64,000 nucleotides of DNA from Vitrella brassicaformis CCMP3155 (lineage: Eukaryota; Protista; Chromerida): assembly GCA_001179505.1 (NCBI GenBank), contig CDMY01000748.1, forward strand, positions 186,001 to 250,000, read 5' to 3'. The position numbers and the translations under genes were made by a program. The notes under the pieces were generated by a model, which was not told where the DNA came from, did not search any database, and was given only the letters and a program-made list of their open reading frames with translations. Below are positions 10,884 through 24,800 of the stretch, one piece after another (the stretch's first letter is position 1; every line of letters starts with the position of its first letter).

Positions 10884-12133
10884 ATGACGGCTTTGACGCT
10901 GGATCTGGTGTTGACGATGGTGTCTTCGGCGGCGATGGGTCATGCAGGGGGTCTTACGCTCCCTTGCACCGGCTTCCAGATGCTTCAGATGCCCAAGATC
11001 ACTCACACGAGCCACAAGCAGCTGCTGGGATCAAGGAAGAGACCATCTCGTAAGCACAGCTTGAGGATGATGGAGGGAAGCGCAGAGGATGCCTACGTGA
11101 GGAGTGGAGTGCTGCGCCTGTGTGTCCGTGTGTTGGTGCAGGTGTGGCTCCCGCGATGGCCGGGACGGACAGGGCGATTGGCCTCTTGCATGGCCTTTCG
11201 GTGTACTTCGACAGAGTGGACGGCTACCAGGTTGATGTGGAGGATGGTCGACGGCGGCCTGTTTCGAGCTGGCAGCACATCCGCAGACTCGGCGACGTGC
11301 AGGCCAAAGGGGCCGCTGGTCTGCCGCAAGTCAGGTACTGAAGAGGTGCACGGACACATGGATTGGTTGATTTTTTGTCCCCCAACGCGTCGCAGTGTCG
11401 TGTGTGTCCGTCTTTTGTGGGTGCATGCGTCAGTGCGGGCACCAAGATCATCTATCCAGCAAGCGATGAAGCTGTGGGTCTCTTCCAGGGCCGCCCCGCC
11501 CACGTCGATGAGAAGGGAGGCTTCATTGTCAATGTCGATGGCGAGTGGCGGCCCGTCAGGAAAGACGATTGGCCAGACGTCCATCAGGTTCACCGACTTG
11601 GACATGACCAACATACGCGGAGAGCTGTAAGTACACAGACATGAGGCAACAACTCTTCTTTTTTTTTTCTCCATCTATACTCGTTCCTTGCATGTGTCGT
11701 TGGTCGCATCAGGCCGGGCAGTGCGAAAGCCATATTCCAAGGCGACAGCACATTCATTCGGCGTGGGCGGTTTCTCTACCAGGTGGTGAGACGCGGCACA
11801 GGTGTCTGCCCGACCACTGGCGACACTGTCAAGTACAAAATGGCGGAATTTGTTGACGGATTCCGAGGCGACAGAGGCAGCAGATTGTACGTCAAATTCG
11901 AATCGAGCTTCGAGGATGGCGACCAGTCCTCGGGAGGCTTCGAGCGTGACATGCTGTGGTCGATGAGGGTTGGCGAAGTGCGGCACGTCATCGATTCAAT
12001 GAGTAGTGGCTCGGACACGACTTATTTCGAGCTGGAGCTGATCGAAATAATGGAGCAAGGTTTAGTAATATCACACTCTGACAGACTGAGCTGTTGTGCT
12101 GTGCTGTGCTGTGCTGCGAGTGAGTTTTGCTGA
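10884..12133 (+). pseudogene. Paralog 3 with a +1 frameshift in the second module (or a sequencing error)
   Basis: gacgtCCatcagg at 11576-11588 versus gacgtCatcaga in paralog 2. The downstream FKBP exon (QVVRRGTGVCP...SMRVGEVRHVI...YFELELIEI) is intact. Confidence 0.6.
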
Positions 12134-12269
12134 TTGCTTTCTGCTCGCTTCCCTGGTCGCAGGATGGGCTGCGCGGGTGTCTAGGCAGTAGGTTCAGTTT
12201 CTTCATCAAATTGGTGTTGGACGGGTGTCATTCATTTTGCAAACACAAAGGTCGACGGTGAAGGAGTTG

Positions 12270-14800
12270 TGTGTGTGATGATGGGGCGGGTACACATATC
12301 GATTCAACTCACGTGTGCCGGTGTGTGGACGTCTCTTATGTCATCTGTCTGTCCGCCAGTCCGTCAGTCGGTCGGCAAAGAGACGAACGAGTGCGCACAA
12401 GCGAAAAAGAGAGCCATCCGTTCTTCCATCCATCCATGAGAGCGCACACACCCATCACACACAACCTAAACCAACCAAGAAGGATACACACAGCCAATCC
12501 ACACACACACACACACACACACACATGCGCCCCGCCCCATTCACTCACCCTCATCAGTCAGTGGCGTCTTGGTGTTGGTGCAACACATGCAGTGCCAAGT
12601 GCAGGTCGCGCATCTGGACCTCAGCTGCCATCTGCTGCCCTTACCCACACCATTGGCCAGGCCGGGCAAGGCGAGCACATGGCACAGGAGCTAGACACGC
12701 AAACCCACACAGCACAGCGCAGCACGCGTCAGCAGGGCTGAGGTTAGATAAGATGGTAGTGAGTGCCTCTCGCTCTAAACCAGCCGCAAGAGCCACTGCA
12801 CGCCACTCACAGCCAGCCAGAGGGATACACACACACAACACAGCACACCACAGCATACCACATCACACAGCATATCGCACAGGGACATCGCAGGTTGACC
12901 AAAACACACCGAAAAACACGACAGCCAGCCAGACAAACAGACAGCCAGACAGACAGGCAGACAGACGACACGAATGAACCGACAGGAGCAAACGAAACGG
13001 ACTCGCACGCCACTCCCCACAGCATAAACGAACGAACACCGGTTCTCTCTTTCTCTGTGTCTGTTCCTCTCTCTCTCCGTCTCTCTCTCGCTCTCTGTCT
13101 CAGTGGTGTGCCCCCAGCACCTCCGCTCGCTCTTGCACCCGCACTCTGTTTGTCAGGACACAAGAGAGAAAGGGAGGCAGGGAGGCAATCAGATGGGCAG
13201 GCAATTGGGTAGACAGGCGGGCAAAAAAGGTGGCGTGACGTACACACACAGAGATGTGGATATGTATCGGTGAGGCTGGTCTGCTCATCCATCCATCCAT
13301 CCGCTCGCTCACCTCCTGTGCTGCCTTGTGCTGCCTTGCCTTGTGTGACGTTGACGTGCGTGTCTGTCAGTGAGTGAGTGAGTGACCAAACAAGTAGGTG
13401 CCAGTGGAGTCAGTGAGTCAGTAGCAGATAGAGTAGGAGGTGAAAACCTATCCACACATACTCACACACATACACACACACATGAACCCCACTACACGAC
13501 ACGACATAGACCACACCACACGCCCTGACTGACTGACCACACACCGCCCGCCCCTTGGCTCTCTCAGCTCACTTACATCCTTGCACATGTATACCTATAT
13601 ATCGGCCGATACTTGTGCGGACAGACAGGCGGGCAGGCAGGCAGGCAGCTGAGGGAGAGAGGGAGCAGACGAGACGGCCGTGTGAGGGTGGTGTGGTGTG
13701 GGTGTGAAGCGTCGGCGTCGTGCTGACAGACAGACGGACAGACGGAGAAGAGTATGGTATGGTATATATGTACACAGACAGGCAGGTAGGCAGGCAGGCA
13801 GGCAGGCGCAGCATCAGTCGACTGACCCACCCACCCACCCAACCACACACACACGCACACACACACTCAGCAGCCACTCAGACAGACAGACAGACAGTAG
13901 TTACAAATAGAGAGAACCAATCACTCACTCACTAAGTTAGTTAGTGGCACACACGCACACACGCTCACTTGACAAACCAATCCAGCGCTTCGCTTTCTCT
14001 ATCCCTCCCTCTCCCTCTCTCTCCCACTCCCAGATGTCGCTCCCAGATGTCGCTCGCTCGCATCCCGTTCCCCTTCCCCACCCTCTCACCACACGCGCAT
14101 CGCCGACCGACCCAAGCCACCACCCGCCCCCTCTCTGTCTGCAAGCACTCATAGTTTTTCACACCACCCTCCTGATTGCCGCACCCATACAGACAGGAGA
14201 CGAAAAACGAGGCGTACACACGGGGGCGGGGTGGTTGTTGTTGTGTGTCTGTAGACAGCCATGCCGAATCTCGTCTTGCCACACCGCCTCACTCACCTCA
14301 CCTCATCTCACCGCTACCCCCTAAAATTCTCAAAATTGTCGGTCGACAGCCGTCCGTGCAGAGATACAGACATATGGACACATCACATCCACGTGTGTGA
14401 GTGAGGGTAGGTGGACGGAGAGGGTGGGGTGGGGTGGGAGGCGATATATACGTGTGTGTGTGAGAGAGAGAGAGAGTGAGAGAGGGAGTGGAGAGGGGGA
14501 GAGAGAGCGAGGGAGAGAGCAACCACCCCGTCATCCAGCCGTCCGATCGATCAGCCGTAGCGAGCGTCCTCTTGCCAGGAAGCGTCACACCAACACACAC
14601 AGACACACACAGAGAGAGAGGGAGCACAGCACTCGTCCGCACACGCACACCAACAGGTAGGTATACATATACACACATCCGCAACCACACCCCATGAACA
14701 AACAAGAACAAGTATACAGAGGGCAGACAGACAGACAGACAGACACCCACCCCCCCTCCAGCTCCCATCCCTATCTCCCCGCCATCTATGTGTAAGTATA
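12270..14800. repeat. Microsatellite-dense intergenic region
   Basis: Runs of (AC)n, (CAGA)n, (GGCA)n, (CATC)n, (GAGT)n and (GA)n. The ORFs here are translations of simple repeats. Confidence 0.8.
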
Positions 14801-15004
14801 CACCGCCCGTTCAGTACTTCATTCGGTAGACCATTCTTCCATCCATCCATCCATCGGTGTGCCGCTTTTCTCATTCGCCCTCCATCCTTTGTCAATACAG
14901 ACAGACTGACAGACAGAGAGGGGGGGAGGGAGAAAAAAGCACGGCCATCCATCCATCCACCCACCCACCAGACAAAGAAGAGAAAAAGAGGGACAGATCT
15001 GCCC

Positions 15005-17532
15005 TCACTCCCTCCCACTCCCTCCTCCCCCTCCCTGCTTGCGTCTCTTCCTCGTGGTGGTCGTGGTGGTTGTGGTGGTCGTGGTCGTTGTGTTTGTGGT
15101 GCTGCTGCCATGGTTGATGCCTCTGAGTGGCACGCACGGCGGCGCTGACGGCTCGACTGACGCGCAGGGCCACACGAACGACCACAGCAGTGTGAGCAAC
15201 ATCTGCACGTACGCCAGCAGACGGGCCCACACGCCCACACCCACACCCACACCCACGGCGGCATCGATGTCCGCCACCGCCACCGTCTCCTGCTGCTGCT
15301 GCTGTTTCTGTTTGTCGCTCTCCGTCGCTTCGTCGCCACTGACGCGCTCACTGCTCGGCACTGCGGCACAACCACTCACTGCAGCAGCAGCAGCTGACGC
15401 CTTTTGCTTCTTCTTGTTGCGCGCTCGCCGTTTCTTGGCCCGTTTGCTGTCCTCCTGCTGCTGCAGCAGCTGCTGCTGCTGCTGCTTCTGGTGGTGCCTT
15501 GGGTGGTGCGGGGCCTCCTTGCTGCTGTCCTTGCTGCTGGTGGTGTTGTCCTGGTGGTGCTGGATGTGGCTGTGTGTGTGGATGTGGGCGTGGCTGTCGA
15601 GCATCAGGGATGGAGGGCGGATGGAGGGCGTGGGCGTGAGGGTGGAGTGGGTGAAGGGTGACTCGCCGCTCTCCATCTTGGGGTTCACCTCCTGCAGATC
15701 AAGATCAGATCGACACACAGTGGTGAGGTGTCTTGTGGTGGGTGCTGGCTGTGTGTGTGTGTCGACCAACGAGCGAGCGTACCTTGTTGATTTTGATGAC
15801 CGGTGACTCGTCGCCAGCCTCCCAGGACTCGCCGGCGCCGGCGTCATCAAGTGCCCGCTGCAGAGACCCCAACAGCAGGGACGACAGCAGACGGGGAGAA
15901 GACGGAGGGGACGAATCGGCCTGGATGCATCACACAGACAGACAGACAGACAGAGAGGGAAGGAGATGGAGTGCGTGTGTGTGTGTGTAAGGGAGAGAGG
16001 GGGTGGGAGGGTGGATGCGGTGCTTACGTCTTCCTCCCTCCTGGGGTCTTTGATGACGACCTCATTGTCGCTCTCCACCTCACACACATCCTTATCCTTG
16101 CCAACACCCTCCTGCACACACACAGAACACACAGAGGCCATTCATTCAGTCAGTCGGGGTGCACACAGGCATCCTTGTGTGTCAGTGCGTGTGTGTGTGA
16201 AGATACCTACCTGAGCCATCATGGCGGACGACGCCTGCTCCAGCCCCCAGCCGAAGGAGGGCGAGGGCGGCGTCGGCTGAGACGAAGATGACAGGGGCAA
16301 AGCGGCCAGGCGGGACTGAACACAAAACCACACGCAAGATGGCCAGATGGGTGGTGAGTGTGTATCTGCTGGTGGTGGTGGTGCATACCAGTTCTAGCTC
16401 CTCCTGCTCCCGCTTGGCCTCCTCCATCTGCGTCAGCCTCTCAATCTCAGCGCAACGAAGAGACTCACGCTGACACACACACGCACACACACATACACAA
16501 GCATCCACAGGCATCCACATGCAGCTTTGGTGGAGGTTTGTCTTACGCGCAGGTCTGCGAGGTGTTCGCTGAGCTCCCACTCGTTCAGAGAAGAGCTTGG
16601 AGCCTCCTGCACATGAATCTGTCAGACAGGGAGAACCGAACCAACGACACCAACACAACACAGACATATAGTGAGCATCAAATCGATGGCTATCTGCTGC
16701 ATACACACATGCATGGGGCTGTCTGTCTCTTCTCGGTCTCGCACTTACCCGGACGTTGCCCTGGTAGCCCTTGGTGAACACCCTCCCTCGATGGGAGTGC
16801 TGCCCGCGGTGCTGCTGCTGCTGCTGCTGGTGGTAGTAGTGGTGCGGATTCGCCCAGCCGTGATAGTACCTGCCGCACATGCACACACACACACACACAG
16901 ACAGGCATGCACATTGGACGACACACGTCCTGCCTCCCTCCCTCCCTCCCTCCCTTGAGTCAGTCGACTTACCCTCCTCCCCGGCCTCTCCCACGGAAGC
17001 CTCTCCCCCTCCCCTGCCGCCCATAGCCTCCGTAGCCGCCGCCATATGGGTGCTGATACTGGTGCTGATACCCACAGCCATACCCATACCCATACCCACT
17101 GCCGCCATGACCACCGCCATACCCATACCCACTGCTGCCTTGCCCTTGCCGCACGGCAGCCGGCGGCGGGGTGATCACACGCACCTTGTCCACCACCCCC
17201 TGAGGAGGATGCTGCGGCTCGTAGTGATGCTCGTAAGGCTGCTGCTCGTGATGCTGCTGCTGACGCTGCTGATGCTCGTCCTGCGTGTGGTCGCCGCCCT
17301 GTTGCTGCAGTTGCTGCAGCTGCTGGTGTGGCTGCGGTTGCGCATATCGGTGGTCGTCTGGCAGGGGGGGTGGCGGCCACTGGAAGGTGTCACACGAGTC
17401 GCCAGCTCCAGCGACTCCAGCGACACACGGATCTTGCCCCTCGAGCTGGTCGTATGCGTGTGGCTGGTGCTGGTTGTCGGAGGGGAACCACTGAGGGAGC
17501 GGAGCGTTGTAGTAGCCAAAGGGGTCCTCCAT
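15005..17532 (-). CDS. Hypothetical low-complexity protein (Q/H/G/Y-rich, RG motifs, C-terminal hydrophobic segment)
   Basis: Exons MEDPFGYY..., GYGGYGRQGRGRGFRGRGRGG, RESLRCAEIERLTQMEEAKREQEELEL, KRAKKRRARNKKKQK and VWARLLAYVQMLLTLLWSFVW, separated by GT-AG introns. Confidence 0.5.
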
Positions 17533-17900
17533 CGCCCGTCCTCTCTGTCAATCCAATCAACGCCTCTCTGCCTCACATCATCACAGGTCTGCCTCTTGGC
17601 TTTGTCGCATTCGCTCTACCCCTCTGCGAGCTACTAGTGACTAAGCTCGCACTCTCTTTGTGGGCGATGGGGGGCATGCGTCTCACGTCTGAGGCTTAGC
17701 TCAGCTCTCTAAGTCGACAGCAGTGCTCTGGGGCCTTTGCAGCGCCTAGAAAGCTCCCCTGAAACGAACTTGGAGGCCTCCCTCCCTCTGTGACAGAGAG
17801 GGGGAGGGCGTAAAGGCGTCAGCAGTCAGCAGCAGCAGCGTCACGGCCGCCGCGGCCCGGCATCTAGCAGCAGAGGAGACGAGCGGGAGCGTCATTGACC

Positions 17901-18298
17901 ATGTCGTCGGCCATCAACCAGATCAAGTCGTCTATTCAGACGGCGGTGCGGAGTGAGGACGCCTTCAGCGGCGAGAAGGGCAACCTCGCCTCGAGGGTGC
18001 AGCTCCTCACGTCAGCTTGTTGCAAGCGAGAGGACAGGACTCACACACACGAGCCTGCCTGGCGATTCATTGACTGACTGCAATGTGTGTGTGTGTGTGT
18101 GTGTTGATCACTCAGGACTGAGGGCACTCGGAGTGCGGTTGAGTATGTGATATCGCTCATCAAGAACAAGGGCGAGCTCGTGTCCACCAAGATCATGGCC
18201 ATTCGGGTGGGTGGGGGACGCGCAGCGCAGCGCAGCGCAGGCGTCAGTCTGTCTGCCGAATGATGTGTGTGAAGGTCTGAGGTGGTGTGTGTAACTTC

Positions 18299-18330
<32 letters not shown>

Positions 18331-21300
18331 CAGGTGTTGGATCACCTCATGGGGGCGCGCGACAAGCTGGCGACGGCCGTGGCGGAAAAGTGCGGGCGAG
18401 ATGAATGGATGGATGGATGGATCCGCGCGGCCGATCTCTGTGTGTATCTTGTGTGTGTGTGTGTGTCTGTGTGTGTGTGTGTAGGCTGCGTTTCTTCTCT
18501 GACATCTTGCGCAAGAGCAAGGAGAAGACGCCCTCCAAGAGAAGACCCGAGTTCTTCCCCACCACCACTAGGTCAGTCAGGTCGAGGTCGTCCAGAGAGA
18601 GCCAGCCATCTATCTATGTGTGTCTGTGTGTGTCTGTGTGTGTGGACTGGCTGACACATTCACTTCCCGATTGCACCACCCACTCACTCACTCTGTAATT
18701 GGTGTTGGTGTGTGCAGCATGGTGGACGTCGAGGACTTTGTCGGCTGTGTGGCCGAGTTCATCGGTATGCAGGTGTTCATCTGTGTGTGTGTGCCTGTGT
18801 GTGTGAGACTGCCCTTTGTGTGTATGTGTGTGTGTGTGTGTGTGTTTCCATTCTTTAGAGAAGTGGGCCCGTCAGTACGCCGCGCGGCCCGACAAGCTGC
18901 GCGAGTTCACCACCACGCGAGACAAACTCAAAAAAGAAGGTTTGGCGCTCGACCCACACACACAACAGATGCCCTCACTGACCTGAGGTATGTATGTGTG
19001 TTTGTGTGTGTGTGTGTGTGTGTGCAGGTGTCAGCTTCCCGCAGTCACAGGACTTCCACCACCTGGTAAACAGCAGCACCAGCACCGACACACGCACACA
19101 CGCACAGCCTTGACGACGTGCGTCGAATGACTGAATGAATGCAGTCGTCCCGCCCCGGCGGCTCGTCGCCGTCTAACGCACCACCCCCACCGCCACCCCC
19201 ACCAATGGGTACCCACCCCCCACCCCCCCAAAGCACCGCACACATATCACTGGTGTGGCTTTGCTGTGCAGACGACGACCACTCCCGTGATCGTGATCGT
19301 CGCGACAGTGGTGGTGGTGGGGACGCCTCGCGCCGGTCGTCCGACCGGCGTATGTCGCGGACCGATTTGGACATCGCACTGACCATGGCTGTGGACCTCA
19401 AGGAGGCCATACAGGACGGTAGGCGCACGTGCAGATGGACACCATGGAGGGATGGATGGATGGAGCCAGGGCAGGGAGGTGGAAGCATGGGTGTGTGTGT
19501 GTGTGGATGTGTGTGGGCGCATCGCATGGCAGATCGCCACAGCGACCGGACGCGCGACCTGCTGGAGAAGTGCCAGAAGTAAAGAGCCGCCACACAGACA
19601 CACACACACACACACAGACACACAGAGAGAGAGAGAGAGAGCGATGTGTGTGTATGTGTCTGTGCATGTGTGTGGGTGTAGGGAGTTGTCATTTTGGGAG
19701 GGCCGCGCGAGCGACGCGGCAGACAACGACCGCATGGACGAATTTGAGGTGAGTGAATTGAGCAACCAAACACCCCTTCAGACACGTCTATGTGCGCACG
19801 ATCAATCAGGACATCGCTGACGTGACCCACAAGCTGGGCGAGGCCATCGCCGCCTATGACAAGGAGCCTGCTCCATCGGTGAGTGTGTGGCTGGGGGGGN
19901 NNNNNNNNNNNNNNNNNNNNNNNNNNNNNNNNNNNNNNNNNNNNNNNNNNNNNNNNNNNNNNNNNNNNNNNNNNNNNNNNNNNNNNNNNNNNNNNNNNNN
20001 NNNNNNNNNNNNNNNNNNNNNNNNNNNNNNNNNNNNNNNNNNNNNNNNNNNNNNNNNNNNNNNNNNNNNNNNNNNNNNNNNNNNNNNNNNNNNNNNNNNN
20101 NNNNNNNNNNNNNNNNNNNNNNNNNNNNNNNNNNNNNNNNNNNNNNNNNNNNNNNNNNNNNNNNNNNNNNNNNNNNNNNNNNNNNNNNNNNNNNNNNNNG
20201 GGGGGCTGGGGATGGAGCATCATGCACACACACAACAGCCATGCCATGCACCTGTGTCCGTGTGTGTGTGTGGGGGCCCTCTCCAGGAGGGCAAGTCGGA
20301 GCGTCCTGCTGGTGGTAAGAAGGAGAAGGGCGAGAAGAAGGGCGGCACCAAGAGGAGCAAGAGCCCCAAGGAGAGGAAGGAAAAGAAAGACAGGTACCCC
20401 CACCCCAGACCCACACCGCACACCCAACTCGCCCCGACACACACACACACACAGAGAGAGAGAGCAGACATACACAGACGCCAACAGACAACAGACATAT
20501 CGACTCTGTGTGTTTGTGTGTGTGTGTGTGACGATATCAGAGACCGCGAGCAGGAGGACCAGCCCGACTACCTCACTGGCGACCAGCCGGACCCCTCATC
20601 GTCGCCCCTCTCCCTCGCCGGCCCATCCGAGAAGGGCAAAAAGAAGAAACGACGCGACAGCACGCCGGCCAGCCACGCCAGCGACGCGGCACCGGACAAG
20701 AAGTAAGTACGTCTGCTGCGTCGACAGTGGAGTGGACAGACACAGAGATAGATACTGGTGTGTTTGTTTGTGTGTGTGTGTGTGTGTGTTTGTATGTGTG
20801 TGTGGGCGTAGGGGTGGAGAGGGTGACGAGTTTGTAGGGGTGTCCTCCTCTGGTGTGGGGCTGGATGAGGACCCCTTCACACGGTCCATGACGCCCGCCT
20901 TCGGTCAGTCGGTCCACCCACCACTCACCACTCGCCACACCCTCACCCACACCCACACCCACCTCAATTTTCCCATATGTGTGTGTGTGTGTGTGTGTGT
21001 GCTGCAGGTGACTCAGTCCAGCCGGCGGCCATGTCGTCCCCTGTCCCATGGACAGAGGCGTCGTTCACCTTCCAAACCGCTCCCGCCCTGGGGGCCGGCG
21101 CAGCAGGCGGGCAGCCCATCGCTGGCAGTGGTCAGTGTCCTACCCTGCCCCTCCACACACTGGTGTGTCATCCATGTGTGTGTGTGTGTGTCTTGTGGTG
21201 CGTGTCAGAGGGTGAGCCGTCCTTCGGTGGGTTTCAGTCGGCTGGCGCGAGTGTGCCCAATCTGACTGAGCTGCCGCCAATGGCGCCGCACGCAAGCCCC

Positions 21301-21864
21301 TCTCTCTCTCACGTGAGCACACACGCATGGACACACACACAGCCGTCCACCCACCATACCTCCGTGTTTGCAAAACAGGCGCCCGACACAGTGCCTCCCG
21401 ACCAGCAGCAGCAGCAGCAACCACCAGGCGGCCCCATGGCCAGTCCAGGCATGTACCTCACCGGTAAGCCATCACCTAGCCACCCCCTCCCCACCACACA
21501 CACACACACAGATGACTGGATGGACGGCTTGATGTGTGTGTGTGTGTGTGTGCATTGCGTGCAGGTCCGCCGAGCGTGGCGTCGTTGGTGCGGAGTGAGG
21601 CGGCTGCGGGTCAGCAGGCGGCCATGGTGCGGCAGATGCAGATGGCCCTCAAAAACAAGGACGGGGAGATCGAGGTGGGTGGGTCAGTCAGTCAGTCAGG
21701 GGGCAGGGCATGGCATGGCGACACTGTTATTGTGTGAGAGTGTTGCTGGATGGCTGTGTGGCTGTGTGTGTGTGTGTCGGTGCAGGGGCTGCAGAACCAG
21801 ATTGACAACCTGCAAGTGGAGATGCAAAAGAAGGACACTCAGAAGTACACACACACACACACAC

Positions 21865-21897
<33 letters not shown>

Positions 21898-24800
21898 GGG
21901 GCTGCATCCGTGTGTGTGTGTGTGTGTGGTGTGTGTCACCTGTCGTCTTTCAGCCAGCAGCTGGTGATCCAGCTCACACTTGCAAGCGCCAAGATACGGT
22001 GAGTGAGTCCGTCAGCACCGGACACACACACATCCATCCATCCATCCATGTGTGTGGTGTGTGGTCTGTGTGTGTGACGCGGTGGTCATTGCAGGCAGCT
22101 GGACCCCCTGCGCGACAAAGTGGCCGACCTCACCGACAAGCTAAACGACGTAATTGACCACCGCACACACCCACACCGACACCCCGCACAGACACACACA
22201 GAGGTGGTGCATCTCTCTCTCTCTCTCTCCCTCTCCCTGTGGGTGTCCATGTGCTGTGTGTGTGTGTGTGTATAGTCAAAGGGTCGGTGTGAGGAGCTGT
22301 CCGATAGGCTGCACAGGTGCAGCACGCAGCTGCGGGAAACCATGAGGGACAAATCACAGGTACACACACATGCCATTCATTCAGTCATTCTTTGATTTGG
22401 CTGTCCGATCGGTCTCTCTCTGTCGGTCAGGTCGAGACGGAGCTGTCTGACAAGGAAGCGCTGCTCTCGGACACCAGACAGCGGCTATTCCACGTACACA
22501 CACACACAGACACACACTGTGACCTATATCAACCAACACTCGTGTCGCTGCCTGATTGCCTGCCTGCAGGAGCGCCAGCGATGCGCCCAGCTTACCGCAG
22601 ATATCGAGGGTGCCTCTCCCTCCTCCACACACACACACACACACGTGTCTCCTCCCTGATCCCTCCATGTATGTGTGTGTGTGTGTGTGTGATGCAGCGA
22701 TGGGTCGGCTGCACGGTTCCCTGCAGGAGCGGCTGCAGACGGCCACGGCATCGCAGCAGCACACCGAGACGCAGCTCGCACAACTCAAGTACATCTTCGA
22801 CACCACGGTGAGACACACACACACACACACGTCTCACACACACAGGTCTCACAGACCCACAAGACACAGACAGACGGCCGCACCTGTTGGTTTGGTTTGT
22901 GGCTGGCAGGATGGCCTGCACATCCCTCCCGCCCTGGTGGCCCCGCCATCCCCACCACAACACAGGTACACCCACACACATACACAGAGATCGCCTCCTC
23001 TCTCTCTATTTCTCAACATGTGCCTCCTCCTTGTGTGTGCTGTGTCCCTTCCTGTGTGGTCAGCGGTGCGTTCATGTCCAACCCGTTCCCCTCTCGCGTG
23101 TCGTCGATGGCCTCGTCCACGATGCTGCGCGTCGGCAAAGGGGACGAGCTGGAGCGCACACTCGTGTAAGCCAAAGACAGAGACAGAGACAGAGAGAGGT
23201 GGACCGATGTGTGTGTGTGTGGTGTGTGTGGTGGTGGTTTGCAGGTCTGGTCGTAGCAGCAGCAGTGGTGGCGGTGGTGTGGTGCAGGAGAGAGAGCAGA
23301 GGATGCTGCACTTTGTAAGACAGGGAGGACAATGCACCAGCCCACCCACCCCTATGCATCCCATTGGTTGTGCTTTGGCTGCCTACAGGCATCGGCTCGC
23401 GTGACTCCGCAAGACGATGGTACACACACACGTACAATGGTTGACCACCATCTACCTTGTGTGTGTGGTGTTTTGTGTGTGTGTGTGTGTGTGTGCAGCT
23501 GACGAGAGCAAGGCCAAGCGGCGCTACTTCTCCGCCACGCCCAACGACGTCTGGAACTCCACACCCACTGGTGCACACACATATAACCGAACCGACCCAC
23601 ACATCGCTTCATCCACCATGGCTGTGTGTGTGCGTGTGTGTGTGTGTGTGTGTGTGCAGTGGAGGTGTCCTTGGGCAGCGACCCGATGTCCGTCAAGCAG
23701 CTGGCTCTCTACCGCAACCTCCTTCTCGCCAGACAGGGGCTGCTTTACGAAGACAAGAGCATCGAGGTGAGCACACACCACACCCACAGCCACAAAAGGT
23801 GCATGTGTGTGATGTTGTGATGTCTGGTGTGTGGGTGCGATCAATGTTCGCCCCCCCCCACACACACACACGGACACACAGGTATACTTTGCGGTTGACG
23901 TGAACGCATGTGAGAGGCGGGGGGAGTTCGAGCTGCTCATCGAGAACAGGTGTGGTGTGTGGTGTCAGACGACGGACGGACGGACCTGCACCGATGCACC
24001 GTGTGTGTGTCCGTCCGTGTGTGTGTGTGTGTCAGGGGCCGTGTGCTGATCCCCCAGATGGACGTCAAAGTCGCCAAACAAGCCAACAGAGGACGTGCGC
24101 GCACACCAGAGGGCAGACAGAGCACGGATCTGCACACACAGCCAGAGGTCTCTATGTCTGTATGCGCGCGTGTGTGTGTGTACGTCAGTGTCGGTGCGTC
24201 TGGCCCCTTTGCCCGGTGGTGCCGAGAGCGGACTGCGGCCACAGCAGAGACAAAGTCAAAGGGGAAGGTGCGCAGACACACACACACACCCACACACACA
24301 CAGACTCACACACACACTGTGTGTGAACGTCTATCGACCAAGGGATGTGTGTGTGGTTGCCTTTGTTAGTTTGGATGTGTCCCAGCCGTTCGATGACACC
24401 CCCGTGCTGGAGCTGACCTACCTGTGAGCCTTCCACACACATCCAGACACAGACACGGACACACCAACACACGGGCACATGCAGGTCTGCATGTCTGTGC
24501 TGTGTGCTGTGTGGTGTGGTGTGATGTGTGCAGCTCCGCCGACAACTGCCGTCACGTGATCCCACTGAGACTGCCTCTGCCAATGGGTACGTGTGAACGT
24601 GTGAATACACCGAACGAACCAAATGATTCTGTGTGTGTGTGTGTATATATCAGTTGTGTTCATGGATCCCGTCACGATGGGCCCCTCCGACTTCTTCGAC
24701 AGATGGGACACACACGAATACGAAATGGGCGAACTCGCCGTACGTCTCCTCGCCACACAGCCGCACTCACACACACACTCTTGTGGATGGATGGATGGAT

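Larger units (their letters stand above)
8506..12130 (+). repeat. Tandem duplication, unit about 1.7-1.9 kb
   Basis: 8506-8698 matches 10223-10420 (ggcttactac..gctcgagctgctcaagatagagtaactgcactg...caattgcacggatgc), and 8999-10160 matches 10888-12050. Confidence 0.9.

Noticed and set aside
12271-14768. Many 70-220-aa ORFs rich in HT/CV/RQ dipeptides
   Set aside because: They are translations of (AC)n/(GT)n/(CAGA)n microsatellites, with no coherent splice structure or domain.
15039-15806. 255-aa plus-strand hydrophobic ORF
   Set aside because: Antisense shadow of the Q/H/T-rich minus-strand exon; poly-V/C/L comes from reverse-read CAC/CAG repeats.
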